Positions 39,101 through 52,481 of a stretch of DNA of 64,000 nucleotides are shown here, piece after piece (positions within the stretch are counted from its first letter, which is position 1; every line of letters starts with the position of its first letter). A model generated the notes under the pieces. That model saw only the letters and a program-made list of their open reading frames with translations, did not search any database and had not been told where the DNA came from. The position numbers were made by a program, and so were the translations under genes. Origin of the DNA: Antedon mediterranea (lineage: Eukaryota; Animalia; Echinodermata); NCBI RefSeq assembly GCF_964355755.1, contig NC_092677.1:3866101-3930100 (forward strand), written 5' to 3'.

Positions 39101-42100
39101 TTTATAGCAGAATTTTGCCAAATTTTGTATTAGACCATTTTAAGTGAAATTCATGTTTTTTTGTCTTGATTTCTATTAAAAATATTTGATTATGTACAAT
39201 TAACCAGATATTATATTTAGAATTCATGCCTGTACATGAGCTTTAACACTATGTGCAACCCATAATTAGAGACACTCCTTATCCTTTAAATAGGAGTTGT
39301 ATCTTTGATTTACTATAGTTCATTATGATATTGTGTAAAAAGACAGGTGCACTTTTCCATTGTGAATAGCATTATCAATTTCATGGTCACGTTAAAGGTC
39401 AAAGGCCACAACAGTTATCACCAAAAAGGAATATATTTGGAATTAGTTGACAATACCTAATGAGAATTAAATCCCAACAAACATATTGATATCGTTAGAA
39501 GAAACTCTGATATTTACCAACTCTCATCCTGATTGTTATCTCTGCTGATTTATAATCAAATTGATTATGAACAAACACAGACCGGGGATCTGTTCTCATC
39601 CTTCCGCTAGGCTTAGCATTAACATCTCATCAATTAAGCTCAAAGATTTTAAATGGGATTTTGTAAATGGCATTTCACAATATAGAGTTATTCAATCAGA
39701 AGATGCTTTTGAACCTACTCAACGTTTATCTATTTTGTTTGAGAATTGATGTTCAATCAAATTTATGCAACGAACGCATCATGTGACGTTATCAGACGTT
39801 ATCAAACTACACAAGTAGTCACAATTTTTCTTCGTGATGTGGTATTTTTGAGCATTTTGTTTCATTCACACTGTTTTATTCCAATATCAAATATATACAG
39901 TACAATATAAAACAACCAGATCCAAGTGGGGACCAAGGTTTCTACATCTTTAAATAAGTTTATTTTTTATGTTTTTTTATTTTTATTTTGTTATGTTTCA
40001 ATCTACAGGTATATTAAGTTAACCAATTTGTATAGTGTAAATTTAACTACGACTAAAGCTTTAAAAAAATTGCTTTGTACAGCCCTAAATTGTATTAGTT
40101 TTTTAGTTCATCATTATTTTATTTTTATTAACATTTGATCAATCATAGTAATTGAATGTATATTAAAGACATCAAAAATAATAATAAATGGTGGGCGTAT
40201 GATTTTAGAGTTAATAGAGTTTATTAAGGAGAGGTTGAATTGTAAATTGCGATAAAGCTTTATTCTTGTAATATTTTTGCAAATAAAAAAAAAATGGTAT
40301 ACAAATCGAAGTATGACTAGATATGGAAGTATGACAAATATATTTAAAATCATATTTTAACGCTTTTACAATGTTTAAAAATCTTTTTCATACTTTAAAA
40401 AATTGTCAGGAAAAATGAGAGGCAGTTACAAAAAATAGCTGGATCATACCAAGGGGAATTTTAAAGACCTTGATAATCCCCAGGGTCCAGGAAGGTCAAG
40501 GTTCAACTTAAATAATCTCTGCTTAACATTCAAAATAGGAAACAGCCCACTTCCAATTTTAACATCAGAATTCAGCGATCAGATATAAAACATTTTTCGT
40601 ACATTATATTGACACAGAAAACAGGTGTCTACACTGTGTCAAAATCCTAATCAAATAACCCCAGTAATTAATTTTTGTTCATTTGATGTGGAAAATATGC
40701 AGCCTAGTCTCTTCAAAGATCAACTACAAAATCATGATTACCTCCTTTTCAGGGAAGTTATATGTAAATTTCTTTTTAATCAATGATTATTTAACTGATG
40801 TTTTTGTCAATGTATTCCTTATCTAATGAATGCAAGATAAATGTATAAAACGTTTCTAAATTTAACTAAAGTATTTAATTTAAATTTGACATTCTTTCCT
40901 TCATTTTAATCAATCACTTTGTTTTGAATCTTTAACACTTAGTTCGTTGACATGTTAACGTCTTGAAAATTAAAAAGTCAGATTTTTTACTTATATGGAT
41001 GTATTGCCTAGAATAACTAAAGCACATGCTGACGAATGTTATTAGCAACTTATATTTTAAATATTTCTTTTTTTACCCACTTTTTTTTTCAGATTCCAAT
41101 TTGACCTCGATTAACCAACACTCTTAAAATTCCAGACTTAATTTTGTAGATGGTAAACATAAAGTAAATGTAAATTTATTACATTTCTCAATTTTTTCAA
41201 TTTTCTTCAAATAGTTTTCTTATGCCTTCAGGTTACAAATCATCAATGAATTTACTCATGTGATTAATAACTAATATTTATATGTAATTTAATGGCTCCA
41301 ATCTGTAGTCTTACTAATTTATGGTATGCGTTCTGTAATTTGTGATACAGATCATGTTCTAATGAATTTAAAGGTTTTATAGTATTTAATATACTTTGCC
41401 TCAGCTCTTCTTACTTTAATAGGTCTCTACAGTAACTACACTTTTTTAGGTAATCATACACACTGTTTATTGGAATTACATCGTAAAAATGTAGGATCGT
41501 CCACACATGGCTGTGTGTGAGGTACAGTAGTACACCGGGGTAACCCTCTACTCATCTCAAAAGACAAACTTATATGTTCTTTAAAGTTCACACAAGCATT
41601 TTCTGTATAGGCCTAATGCACTGAGGACTATATACTATAATGTATTAACCTATTTTAATGTTTATTTTTGCTTAAAATATGTAATGTATTAAATAACCTT
41701 GTATTTCTTGAGGCTAAAGATAATAAGATAAATATTCAGTCAATCAACAAATCCAAATACTGCTTTTCAAAATTCTTACTAAATACATCAAATAAATCAG
41801 TTACTATTTCTTCCAGAAAAATAAATCTAGTTACAGAAAACTGATTAAAATTTAATTATATTTGTTAATATTTGTGTTTGTAATATATCACACATCTGTA
41901 CATGTCCCCTAGGGCATCACTGCTTGATTTACGAGTATCCGCTGGTATCTATTTATATTTATTTAATGTCAAAGAAAATTAATAACAGGAATAAAGGGGT
42001 TAAACAGTAGTTTCAACAAATGCTGCCATTTTTGTTTAAATTTGCAAGAAGCTTAATCTTCAAAACTTAAAGATTCTAAAATGTAGGGCAGTTTTATACA

Positions 42101-45100
42101 TAAACAAACTTGTTTTGCTTTAGTTGCCCCTGACCATTGTGCTTTGTTTCTGTTCTGTATCTGTTTATTAGTCGAATAAATAAATGAAATGCAAAATATG
42201 ACTCCAAAAAACAACTAGAAATTCTGATAAAATCTTATAATTTGATTATCGTGGCTAAATTATGAATAACAAAGAAGATTAGAAGGATAAAACAAATGAC
42301 ATTCAATTGATTTGGAATTTGATAATTTTTTCAAAGCATTAAAAATGTTATTAGAATTCGTTCAAAATACAATAATTCAAAATCAATTACGGTATAGTCT
42401 TTGACAAAAATATTCTACATTTTGTTTATGGATACAAAACTACATTAGAAAACAATGCATAGGAAAATGCATAGGAAAATGCATAGAAAATGCAATGTTG
42501 GGACTTCAGTTGAAAGGGGAATAATTTGGAAAACTACAATACAAAGATGTAACATTAGGTTAAGTTCAGTATTTATTGAATTTAATTGTTCATCTCTTGG
42601 CCTTTCTCCCTCATTAAAAACCTGGATCCTTTCATACATTTTTATACTATTTAATTAACTAGAACTATTTTAATATTGAATATAAAAGAATAGAAAATAT
42701 AACTTTAGTGATTTACAAAGGTACAAGAACATAAAATTCCTCAAACTTTACATTTTTTGTTTACAGTTACTACTCATCTCCTTAATTGAATGATATATCT
42801 AATGATTTGTGACAATCATAATGTACAGTGAGGTAGTGAGAGTAAACATATTTGTTTATTCAATTTAATTTCCATATAGTATTTATTTTTACCAATATTC
42901 TATTAACACTAAATCCTTTTTTCAGAGAAATATTTACCATATGTGAAACTGTGAATAATATTCATTACAACAAACATTCATGATTAAGTTTCATAAAGCT
43001 CTGCCTACACTATCAAACTAAGTGTGAAGTGTCCAAATATGGTAGTGATATGCCCGAATATGGTAGTGATATGCCCGAATATGGTAGTGATATGACATCA
43101 TCATGTCCATCACATTTGTTTTATCACATAAAGATTGATAGTGTGGACAGAACTTAAACATTTATTTCAGTATGAGTTTAATTTTGATAAGTGATCAGCG
43201 GAAATGTACGATACCTCAGGATTTCTGAACATAATTCATATCAGATGAACATTGCTAGAAAAGAATTATTTATTTTTTTTTCATTTCCGTTAGAGGAGAT
43301 AACTGAGACTATTTTAAACAAAAATAGAGTAACTGGATATGTATTATCTTGTTCTTACTCATCTAAATAAATATACCGAAGTTAGATAATATACACAATT
43401 CTAAAAATGGATATTAGTTCATCAAAAAGAGATTTAGTTTAAGTATTAGAATTCAATTTAATTTCAAGTTTCCTCCAAAGCAGTTTTATATTACTAGACG
43501 GATTTGTAGATATGATAATATACATGAAAACCAATATTGTATAGATTATCTGTACAATCACCCAGCCTAGAGTGATTCTAGACTACCCTCCTAAGTACTG
43601 GTTCAGGCCACCCTCTTATGTCATCATCATGAATGACCGAGCAAACCCTACAATTTAGAATAATCATCGCAATAGATTCTAGACTAACCCTCCTAGTACT
43701 TGTTCAGGTCACCCTCTTATGTCATCTACTTGTCATGGATGACCGAGCTAACCCTACAATTTAGAATAATCATTGCAATAGATTGCTATTGTTATCATTG
43801 TACCATTATTAGATATAACAAGGGCTGTCATCGCCATACATTAAACAAAAGCTGTTGGGTAACTTTCACTGTACTGGGAATTTGTCTAAAGCTCTGTCTG
43901 CACTGTCAAACTGGACATGATGATATATATCATATCAGTACCATATTTAGGTACATCACACTTTGTTTTGATAGTGTAAACGAAGCTTAATTGGAACTAT
44001 TAAATACATTTTAAAGATTATTATATATTGTATTATTATTATTAAAAACATGAAAAATAACAAGAAGAAGTTTTAACTTAAACACAATAAACAGTTCTAC
44101 CCAAACTTTGAATATTGTTTGACTATTTATTTTTTGTAGTACAAGATATATGTCTACATTTTTTGATAGGTAAATATTTTATTTTGATACAATTTTTTGT
44201 CAAAGTGAATATTATGTGACATTAAAATGGCTCATTTATTCTTGTGAAAACTGTATTAAATTTTTGATCAGTGTGGGATATATCTTTCAACCCAATAGTT
44301 TGTTTATGATGTTGTTCAATCTCAAGTTTTTCATTTTTTTCTAATCTATTATTCATAACATACAGTAATAGTGAATTTATTTACTACATGCATGGCTGAA
44401 TGTCTATGCTACAATAAATCCTTATTAAATTTAAGATTAATTAGATTAACTTGTGTGATGAAATGGATTATTAATATAATATTATGGTAGATTAGAAGGA
44501 TTAAACAGTGTACAACACAGATTATATTAAGTTAGATGAGAGGGGATTACTGTACTAGAGTATTGTTGATCAAATTGATTAAACGTCTAAATAGCATAGA
44601 TGTGATTATACAAATGCAAGTAAAGTTCAAAAGGATTATCAAAGTGTGTTAATCCAGACAGATTAATAGAATCAAGGGAATTATGAACAATATTATCAAT
44701 AATACATAGCAGATAGTGATTACCAATATTGAACATTGTACAAATTTTAGAAAATTTACTCTTTCACCTGTTTTTGTAAATTAAGCTTGGTTCCCACTAG
44801 AAAGTAACGCAAGGACGTAAACGCAACGCAAGCGTTTTAACCAATGACAAGCGAAGTTATAGACAGTTAGTAATCACAAGCGAATAAGCCATCGCTTGTG
44901 ATTGGTCAATTCACTTGCGTTGCGTTACGTCCTTGTGTTGCGTCGCTATGGGAACCACGCTTTATTTAGCAACATTTTGTTGGTAATCATACACATTGTT
45001 TAGTTCAGTATCTAAATAAAATCATATGTTATTGCATTTTTGTTGATGTAGTTGCTGCAGTAGAATTTTGAAATGAAAATATGCCTAATAAACATGGATT

Positions 45101-48100
45101 TGATGTTTGATAGACAGTAATAATATAGCAAGCTAAAATTCTTCAAAATATGATGCTTCAAATAGATATTCATAAAAAAAAGAGTAAAGATATTTGTATT
45201 TCTTATTTATCGAAATTAATTATTTGAAATTTGATACTTACCTACCGTATTTAAGTATCTTATTAATTTATATTTTTGTAATAGTTTAGGAAAGAAAGAA
45301 AATGTTTACGTTGAACGTAACAACAAATAGTACATAAACTTTTATAATATTAGCTCCAAAAACTTTATTGTATTTAAAAAAATAAAAATGACATTTTGAA
45401 ACAATTAAAAAAAAGTATATAATTGTAATTATAGATTCTAGCTACTAGATGGAAAAAGAATACACATTTAGAAAGAAAAAAATTAGGAAAATGGAAAAAT
45501 AATACAGGTCTAAATAAAAAAAACAATTTAGAAAGAAAAAAATTGTAATAAAAAAACAAACTTTATGTGACAAAAAGATGTGATGTGCCCATATATGGAC
45601 ATGATGATGTCATATCACTAACTTATCTGGCCACATCACACTTTTTTTGTGTAGACAGAGCTTTAGGCTACTACAGCAGCTAAACTCCTACAGTAATCTT
45701 CTACTGATTTTAAAACCTAGGTTTAGTTTAGATCAATGATATTATATCACTATAAGGGAAGTACTTTTATAGAGTGTTAGTGATTATTAAACTTCCCTCG
45801 ATGAGTTCAATTTAAAAGTGTCCGTATGACGCTCTGTTACTTGTGACTAACACTTTAACAGGTAAATAATTTAAACATTCATTGAGCAATTTATTTGTCA
45901 TAGAAAGCTAACATATGACAGGCAGTGATGGTACTTTGCTATAAAGCTCTGTCCACACTATCAAAAAAGTGTGATGTGCCTAAATATGGTAGTGATATTC
46001 CTAAATATGGTAGTGATATTACATCATCATGTCCATTATATGGGCACATCACTTTTTTTTGTCACATAATGTTTGATAGTGTAGACAGAGCTTTAGAGAA
46101 ATAATCGTATTGAAAATGAATGGTGTATTGAATCCACAGCTATGAACTAAAAACTATCATTTGTAAATATGATATCTTTACTACTAGAGAATATATCTCA
46201 ATAAAACTAAGATATCTCTATTTAAAACTTAAGATGTATCTATTTTAAACTATCTTTATTTAAACTAGTATATCTCTATTTGAAATTAAGATATTTCTAT
46301 CTAAAATTAATTCATCTCTATTTCTAACTAAGATATCTCTCTTTATTATATTAATGATATCCTATATTTCAAACTAAGATGTCTCTATTTTCCAAAAAAA
46401 TGACAGGCAAACCATATACGACCCTGGCATTAGAAAGCATTTAACCAATTTAAATTCTATCTATCTAATTATAATTTTTTTGTTTGTAAAAATATAGAAT
46501 AAAGTATAAATTATGTATATTATTACCTCTTTAAGTCAATCCATACATTATGCACTATTTCCATCGTACCACAAATTAATTTTTTCGATTAATACACTCT
46601 AAAATTATCCTGCTATATATCATCATATTAATTGGAAAAACTCATTTTTGTATTGACCTCGATAAACTTTCATATTTATTTTGAAATTATGATTTCTAAC
46701 CTTGAACCAAATTAATATTGAACTTTGAAAAGTCATAATTATGCCGCATCACAAAACTCTTTGATTTTATTTATCTTTATATATTACACGGATGATCTAG
46801 GGCAGATTGGTATTAGTCACCAAGATGAAGGATCGAACATTGTTAGTGCGTGGAACTACACAGCACGCTAGCCATAACACTTAAACTACCAAACCTGAAT
46901 TTGTCATTGAAATTCTATGAATAATGCTTTGTCAGCCAAGTTCATCTTTTCAATCATTTTGTTTCAATGCATGTTTTGAATATAGTTAAACTCTGATTCA
47001 GCATGATGTGGAAATATTTTAAAAAAAACCATAGAAAAGTAGTGTTACATTTTAACATTTTGCGAAGTTTTATTTGATTGAGTGTTTAAACTATTGTGTT
47101 GCCACTGTTTAAGAAACAATCCATGTTTTGGTCAAATCCATTTTTATTAATATTCAATTTTGTTTTTTTATCCTTTTATCGTACAATGTACATACATATA
47201 TATTTTTGTATTTTTATTGTTATTTTACTGTTTTATTAGCAAGTTTTAAAGAGTTTTTATGCATGTTTTTCATCTTTTATTTTCTAAAAACAGGACCATA
47301 TTTAAAACAGGTGCTACATCTATACCTGATGTGTTTTTATCCTGCATAAATATGTTTTAAATTTGAAAAAAAATTGCATACAATTTAGTACATATACATA
47401 CATATATGGGGACACTTTAATTCTATTAATTTCAACTTTATTGTATATAAAATGTAGGCTACTCCAATCTGCAGACAGCCAGTTACTGTCGTAAGTAACA
47501 CTGTTACGGCAACTCAAATTCAGAGGAATTGTATATACATATTTATTTATAAATGAGGGTGGCCTATCAAGTCTAGTGAAGGTAAAACATATAAGTATCA
47601 AACATTACAATATAGAATAATGATATTAAAGAGACACTTTGATTGCTCCTAAACTTTAGATAATCAGTTATCTTTTTCTTTTTCCAGGAGTTTTACAGTT
47701 CTTTTACTTAAAAAAAAAAGATGAATATGTAAGTAAGTAAAAAGAAAAATATTTACCAAAACATTTTATGATGCCTAAGAGATTTGTGATGATATGTCAG
47801 GTTAATAAGGGCCTGTTTCTATTGAAAAATAAAAAAAGAACGGTTTTTTGGAAACCGGTTTCGGTTGTTGTTTATAAATAAAGATCGCGTTGCAGCTCAA
47901 TTTTTACTCCAATAAAACCGGTTCCGTCCATGTGCGTTCGTTATGAATGACGTCATTATATACACCACAATGCAGTTCGTTAGGCGGAAGCGCGATTTGA
48001 TCGAGGTCATGTTTACTTTTTTTCGCATAGCGCGATCCCCAAGAAATAGCATCCATTTCATAATAGAAGGGGGAATTATACCTGAAACGTTATTGTGGTC

Positions 48101-51100
48101 CTTGGTTAAAGTATAGGTACGTCGCACCCTCTGATATTGTCAAGTTGAACTCGTCTATTTTTCACACGCTTTACAATATTCTTAAAAACATGTAGGCGCG
48201 GCCTATAATACGTGAGTCTTTCTTCCGACTCCCGACAAGTCCCCTCATCTTCTTTCCTTCACATATTTTTTACGAACCTCGTAATGGCATCGGTCAACAT
48301 TTTTTATTTAAATAAAATACTCACTATCTAGAGAAATAAAAATGACTTAGGCCTAGGTCCTATCGCGCGAGTTTGACTGCAAGTTGACCGCAATCATCCC
48401 AGTGCAGCAGACTGCAGAGTTCAGTTTTTGGGGTCAAATTGAGACCGCGATTGTGTTGCAGCTAAAAATTGCTCCGCGGAAACCGGTTTCAGAACGGTTC
48501 TTTGCGATCGAGACCGCAATCAATTGGGGTTTTTGAAACCGTTTTTAAGATCGGTTCTTTTTTGTGGTTTTTTGTGGGGACCCATTTCTGCTGGCAAGAA
48601 AAAACGGTTCTTGAAAAGAACGGTATTCAAAACCGTATTCTCTGCTCTATAGAAACAGGCCCTAAAAGTGAAACCCCTGTGACTAATAACTGGGATAAAA
48701 CTTAAGTACTAATTATCAAAGTGACCTCAAATCAACCTTTAGATGTAAACCAGTTGATTTTGACAGACTACACAGAGTCCTTCATTATGCAGTGGAATAA
48801 TCCTATCATACAGCAGGCCGTTAGTTGTCTTAGTTAATTAACTAAAGTTAATGACATTGGCCATGCCATTAACAGGTTTCTGATTGGTTGATAGAACCAG
48901 GAAGCAGCTTTTATGAAGCACTCTTTCAACAACGTTAGTAAGAAGTCAACTTCCTTGATTTTTATGAAGTTTCTATTTTTAGTTTAATATTAAGTCATGA
49001 AATTGAACTTTTCTTAAATACTTTATGGATGTCATTCATGAAGATACGTCCCTCGAGCTCTTCGAATTTTGGCTTTATTACTATCTGCTAAATATCTTAT
49101 TAATATCTTTCAACCGTTTGGATAGAATATATATGTATATAATTCAATTGTTTGACGTTTATCGCGGAGGCGAAACACATTCGCCAAATTGTAGAAGACG
49201 ACAAGAAACTCAAATCGCGAAAATAAAAGGTCGCGAAATAGTTGGAAATGAAAAATCACGAAAATTTAGAACCGCGAACATGTCAGTCTTACAGTAGTTG
49301 GTAATTCATTAACATTCACAGTCCAAAAAAAAAACAATGATACATTTAAATGGTACAATACAAGTTACATGATTATGTACAGTAAATCGAATTTAGCTTT
49401 TATATGTATATCGCTTTTGTAAAGCCTTTTTTGTATTTTTACGTTCTTCATTGATTTCTGTAACATTTCTCGTCTTTTGTAAATCCCAAGCAATTCGATT
49501 TTTGTATGTGAGTTGAGGATATTTGAATAAATAAATGAATGATTGCATGTAAGGTATAAAGACCACAAAAAAGGTCTCTAATTTTTATATAATTGATATT
49601 CTTATATATTTTTTTTAATGATGTATATGTTTTTTATATGACTATGAATTGAAATATATATTTATACTGGGTAACCTCTTCAGGCAAAGACTGGTCTCCC
49701 AGAGGGCCCAGTTGGTGATCAGTGGCTGTGATGTACTAATACACCGGGGTAACCCCCTACTCCTCTCGAAAGATGTACTAGGTTCTTTAAAGTGCACACG
49801 AGCTAGGTGCATACACTGGACCTACGGTTTATAGTCCTTATCCGAGAAGACTCGTTCTACCACCAGAATCATGGAGTGAGTGAGCCTCGAACCCTGCCGA
49901 TGTTATGGCTACGTAATTACGGTTCCACTGTCTTAACCGCTCGGCCACTCACTCACTGTTATATTTATATGTAGTGTACAGAAAGTAAATTTCTGATATT
50001 TTATTTTGGACAAATAAATGCTGTGGATAGCAGCACATTCATAATTAGGCCATCGTATCCATATTCGAATTATTCAATTATAGGAGTTCAGTAAGCCATG
50101 ATCTAAGTTAATTCCCATAGACAATATTATAACATAATGTTTTTTTTAAATGTACGATGGTATTGGTGGGCTAGGCCAATTAATAGGTTAATAACTTCCA
50201 CTACAGACTGTCTCAACATGCACTGTGTAAATCCAACGACAGGCCATCATCAATCGTAAGACCGATATTTTCAAAGATGAGGCCTAAATAATGTTCTCCT
50301 GGGACTTGGCTGCATTTCATAATCTTTTTTACAGTATTAAAATCTTGTGGAGATTTGTGGATGTCTCAGTTAATACTTAAGTAGATTATTATAAGTATAT
50401 TGAAATCTTGTTTAAAGCAAGAAGCATTGGCAGTAGATGATTTTCAGACATACTTTTACATTGGTTTTAGGATACCGATTCGCACTATGATATGATATTA
50501 GCATATACAGTAAAAAATTAGGAAATAAAATAAATTGTACTCCTAGTGAAAGGCTACCGTACTGTTTGTACATATTCATCGGTATTTTTTACTAATTGTA
50601 TATCAATCACCTTGTGAAAGAACGATTTTTAATCAAACTAGTTTATTTGCACATGGGAGAGCTACGGTAATGGGTTATATTTAATTTCTGATTGTTGTGT
50701 ACATTATAATTTTGGGACATTCCTATTCATGTTAATTTCAACATTTAGAATAAAAGTTTTGAATAGTGAAAATGATTTTGTTAGGTGTACTACGAACTAC
50801 CTGTTACGATCTTCAAATCTCGTTTTGCATTGTTTGTTGTATATATGGAATTTTTATTCTGAAATAAAGTGATCAATCAATAGGCCTATAGCGCACATTT
50901 TCTATGATGAGGTCATCATCAGCGTGGATACTTTCCATCAACCCTATTTATTACGGTGACATCCGTTGCATGTTTCCAAAGACATGTACGCGAATGAAAA
51001 TAATCTAACCAATCCCAAGCAACGAATCATCCAAACTGTCGCTTGTGATTGGTCAAATTACTTACGTTACTCAAACGTTCTTGGCTGCGTCCCCCCAATG

Positions 51101-51906
51101 TGAACAAAACTTTAAAGACCGCCGTTGTTTTTCCACACAATAGCATGTACCTACTAGAGATAGCACACGTTCGGTGCCATTTTGTAAAAGGATTTGGGCC
51201 AAAGCAGATTAGGAAGCCGCAGGTCAAACATTCTCAGATGTGCTACCCACCCTTGCAAAAAATAATTAACCAATTATTTTAGTTCTAAAAGTGGAAGGCC
51301 TGTACTCTAGGGTGTATACAGTTGAAATATCTGCGTATGAAAAGCATCGAGTCAAGACAAACATTGTTTGGCTTCCATCAAATTGATTAAATATGACAAT
51401 AATGATATAGGAATGTATGATTAAGATAAGGTGTCAAATATTACATAATATGTTACATTATTGCCTAAAAATTATAAATTAATGATGCAAAAAATTACGA
51501 TTATAATTATAAATTAGCTTGATGCTTTTTAATTACATTTATATCTTAATTTATCGAGATCATTACATGCGGTCGTTGGTTCCAACCGCAAGTGAGTTGA
51601 GCAATCACGACGCGATAGATTTTAGTAATTAGGCCTAACTAGCTCTTAACATATTCATTTTAAAAATACATACTTTTTTAGTCGCCACTGATAAAGTAAT
51701 TCCTATGCTACAAAAGCACATAAGGACAAACAGACAAACCAACTTCATCCTACGAAAATGAAAAAAAAAGGAGTAAAATCGAAACATGTCGAGGGAGAGC
51801 GAGAAGTCTCAGAAAACATGCATTTAGAAAATAAGATTTAAACTTTTACAAATCTGAAATGATTAATTGATTATGGAATAATAATTGATAAATATTACCT
51901 TGACAT
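21108..51906 (-). CDS. FSTL1: Follistatin-related protein 1-like (signal peptide, FOLN, Kazal, EF-hand pair, VWC), ~398 aa, 10 coding exons
   Basis: Exons 51906-51899 (MSR; the ATG at 51748 is an alternative start), 51749-51674 (MKLVCLFVLMCFCSIGITLS), 38760-38700, 33757-33660 (CRGVDCSPGRQCALDDEGQVTCIC), 30578-30449 (PICASNGQTFRNKCEMHRYAC), 29714-29554 (PIVCY), 27501-27374 (FDRDFDGALNSAEF), 26992-26880 (RGLCVDALIESADVDKDWKL), 23698-23635 (KCSLDD...CNVC), 21465-21108 (VCACGSWVCTA...). All phases are consistent. Confidence 0.9.
21521..21674. mobile_element. Harbinger-type MITE family A
   Basis: Internal GTAGTGATAT units and right TIR TTTGATAGTGTGGACAGAGCT. Confidence 0.75.
24103..24293. repeat. 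Imperfect inverted repeat, probable degenerate MITE
   Basis: AAAATTTTCTTT...TGTGATGATCCAATAA versus TTATTGGATCATCACAAAGAAAATTTT. Confidence 0.55.
25314..25527. mobile_element. DINE-1/HINE-like element with (GTCT)n microsatellite
   Basis: 5' TTTTTAGTCGTGTGGACGCGACT, (GTCT/GTCG)n tract, 3' CACGCGACT followed by a short GGC..GCC hairpin. Confidence 0.6.
25565..25880. mobile_element. Family A MITE with expanded 20-bp minisatellite (~10 units)
   Basis: TIRs GCTCTGTCTACACTA / TAGTGTATACAGAGCT; (ATATCACTACCATATTTGGG-like) tandem array at ~25641-25835. Confidence 0.85.
26576..26642. repeat. Perfect palindrome, 33-bp arms, 1-nt spacer
   Basis: AATTTTCATTTGACAGACAGTATGCAGATTAAA-G-TTTAATCTGCATACTGTCTGTCAAATGAAAATT. 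Confidence 0.9.
30712..31020. repeat. ~68-bp tandem repeat (4-5 degenerate units), also dispersed at ~60560-60625, 61810-61875, 61975-62040
   Basis: Unit GGGTATCAGTGG(C/T)TGGATCTCAATGGAGATACAAAATAAAATAAGCACTGAAAAAATGACAATGTTGT. Confidence 0.8.
31741..31822 (-). mobile_element. tRNA-derived SINE head (tRNA-like, degenerate)
   Basis: On the minus strand: GGAGTTA..TAGCTAAGTGGTTAAG (A box)...GGATTCAATTCC (B box)..TAACTCC; the anticodon arm is irregular. Confidence 0.5.
31967..32120. mobile_element. Harbinger-type MITE family A (full length, TAA TSD)
   Basis: TAA|AGCTCTGTCTACACTATCAAAC...GTTTGATAGTGTAGACAAGGCT|TAA. Confidence 0.85.
34104..34218. repeat. Near-perfect palindrome, 57-bp arms (2 mismatches), 1-nt spacer
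   Basis: TCAGAGAGCAGACAAAC...TCTTGT-C-ACAAGA...GTTTGTCTGCTCTCTGA. Confidence 0.9.
35088..35245. mobile_element. Degenerate short DNA-element relic (Tc1/mariner-like MITE); related fragments at ~18826-18875, 32178-32232, 33935-34060
   Basis: Recurrent CCTATTCAGG(G/A)GACA / TGTCCCCTTAATAGG subrepeats. Confidence 0.4.
35932..36176. mobile_element. Harbinger-type MITE family B (CCAATCACAAGCGA-containing)
   Basis: TIR AGGTTGTTTC.CACTTGG / CCAAGT.GGAAACAACCT with TWA flanks; internal GACCAATCACAAGCGA and GTGATTGGTCAA. Confidence 0.7.
42997..43154. mobile_element. Harbinger-type MITE family A (TAA TSD)
   Basis: TAA|AGCTCTGCCTACACTATCAAACT...TGATAGTGTGGACAGAACT|TAA, with three internal 20-bp units. 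Confidence 0.8.
43574..43785. repeat. ~101-bp tandem duplication
   Basis: GATTCTAGACTA...CCCTCTTATGTCATC...TGACCGAGC.AACCCTACAATTTAGAATAATCAT.GCAATA occurs twice. Confidence 0.8.
44784..44961. mobile_element. Harbinger-type MITE family B (full length, TTA TSD); related copies at ~1-160, 4995-5085, 50985-51105, 54105-54240
   Basis: TTA|AGCTTGGTTCCCA...TGGGAACCACGCT|TTA, with a largely palindromic interior carrying CCAAT boxes. Confidence 0.8.
45945..46092. mobile_element. Harbinger-type MITE family A; further copies or fragments at ~9590, 19455, 33392, 36324, 38410, 43890, 45557, 53855
   Basis: AGCTCTGTCCACACTATCAAA...TTTGATAGTGTAGACAGAGCT. Confidence 0.85.
47809..48662. mobile_element. 854-bp non-autonomous PIF/Harbinger element
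   Basis: TAA|GGGCCTGTTTCTAT...ATAGAAACAGGCCC|TAA; subterminal AAACCGGTT/AACGGTT repeats; GC-richer than its flanks; no transposase ORF. Confidence 0.8.
49665..49954 (-). mobile_element. Full-length tRNA-derived SINE
   Basis: Minus strand: A box TGGCCGAGCGG, B box GGTTCGAGGC, body with GATAAGGACTATAAACCG, AT-rich tail; partial copies at ~9745-9892 and ~41505-41600. Confidence 0.75.
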
Positions 51907-52335
51907 CTCCTAGAATCGATTAGGAACACAACTGTAGGCCAAGTTTTCGCGGTTCCCCGGTAGATAATTTAGGTCCACCACCATCAACAAGTTTATTCCA
52001 ATAACTTTGTCACCCTGGAAGTCTAAAGTCGTGATTTTACAGGACCTTGAAGTTCTTGTGCATGCGCTGCTGCCATTGGTTGAACGTTCGAGTGAGGTAT
52101 TTGCGAATTGACCAATCACGAGTTGGCAAGTAAGATAGCAAAAACTATCAACCTGTTTTGCAAGCTTGGTTTTTAAAAGATAAGTTGCCACTCTTTATTA
52201 TAAAACTGGTTGACAAACATTTGAAATTCAATAAGAAGATTGCAAATTTACAAATAGATTAGTTGTACAGAATTGTTCGTGGATATTCTTTATATTATTC
52301 AATATATAATGGGTTTTGTTTGAAAGTTATACTTA

Positions 52336-52481
52336 AGGTCTGTCTACACTATCAAACTAGTGTGATGTGCCCAAATGTGGTAGTGATATGCCCAAATGTG
52401 GTAGTGATATGACATCACCATGTCCATATAATGGGCACATCACATTTTGTTGTCATTTTGTGTGATAGGGTAGACAGAGCT
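52336..52481. mobile_element. Harbinger-type MITE family A (TTA TSD), just upstream of FSTL1
   Basis: TTA|AGGTCTGTCTACACTATCAAACT...TAGACAGAGCT|TTA. Confidence 0.8.

Noticed and set aside
46180-46390. Degenerate AAACTAAGATATCTCTATT repeats
   Set aside because: Ordinary decayed minisatellite with no further structure.
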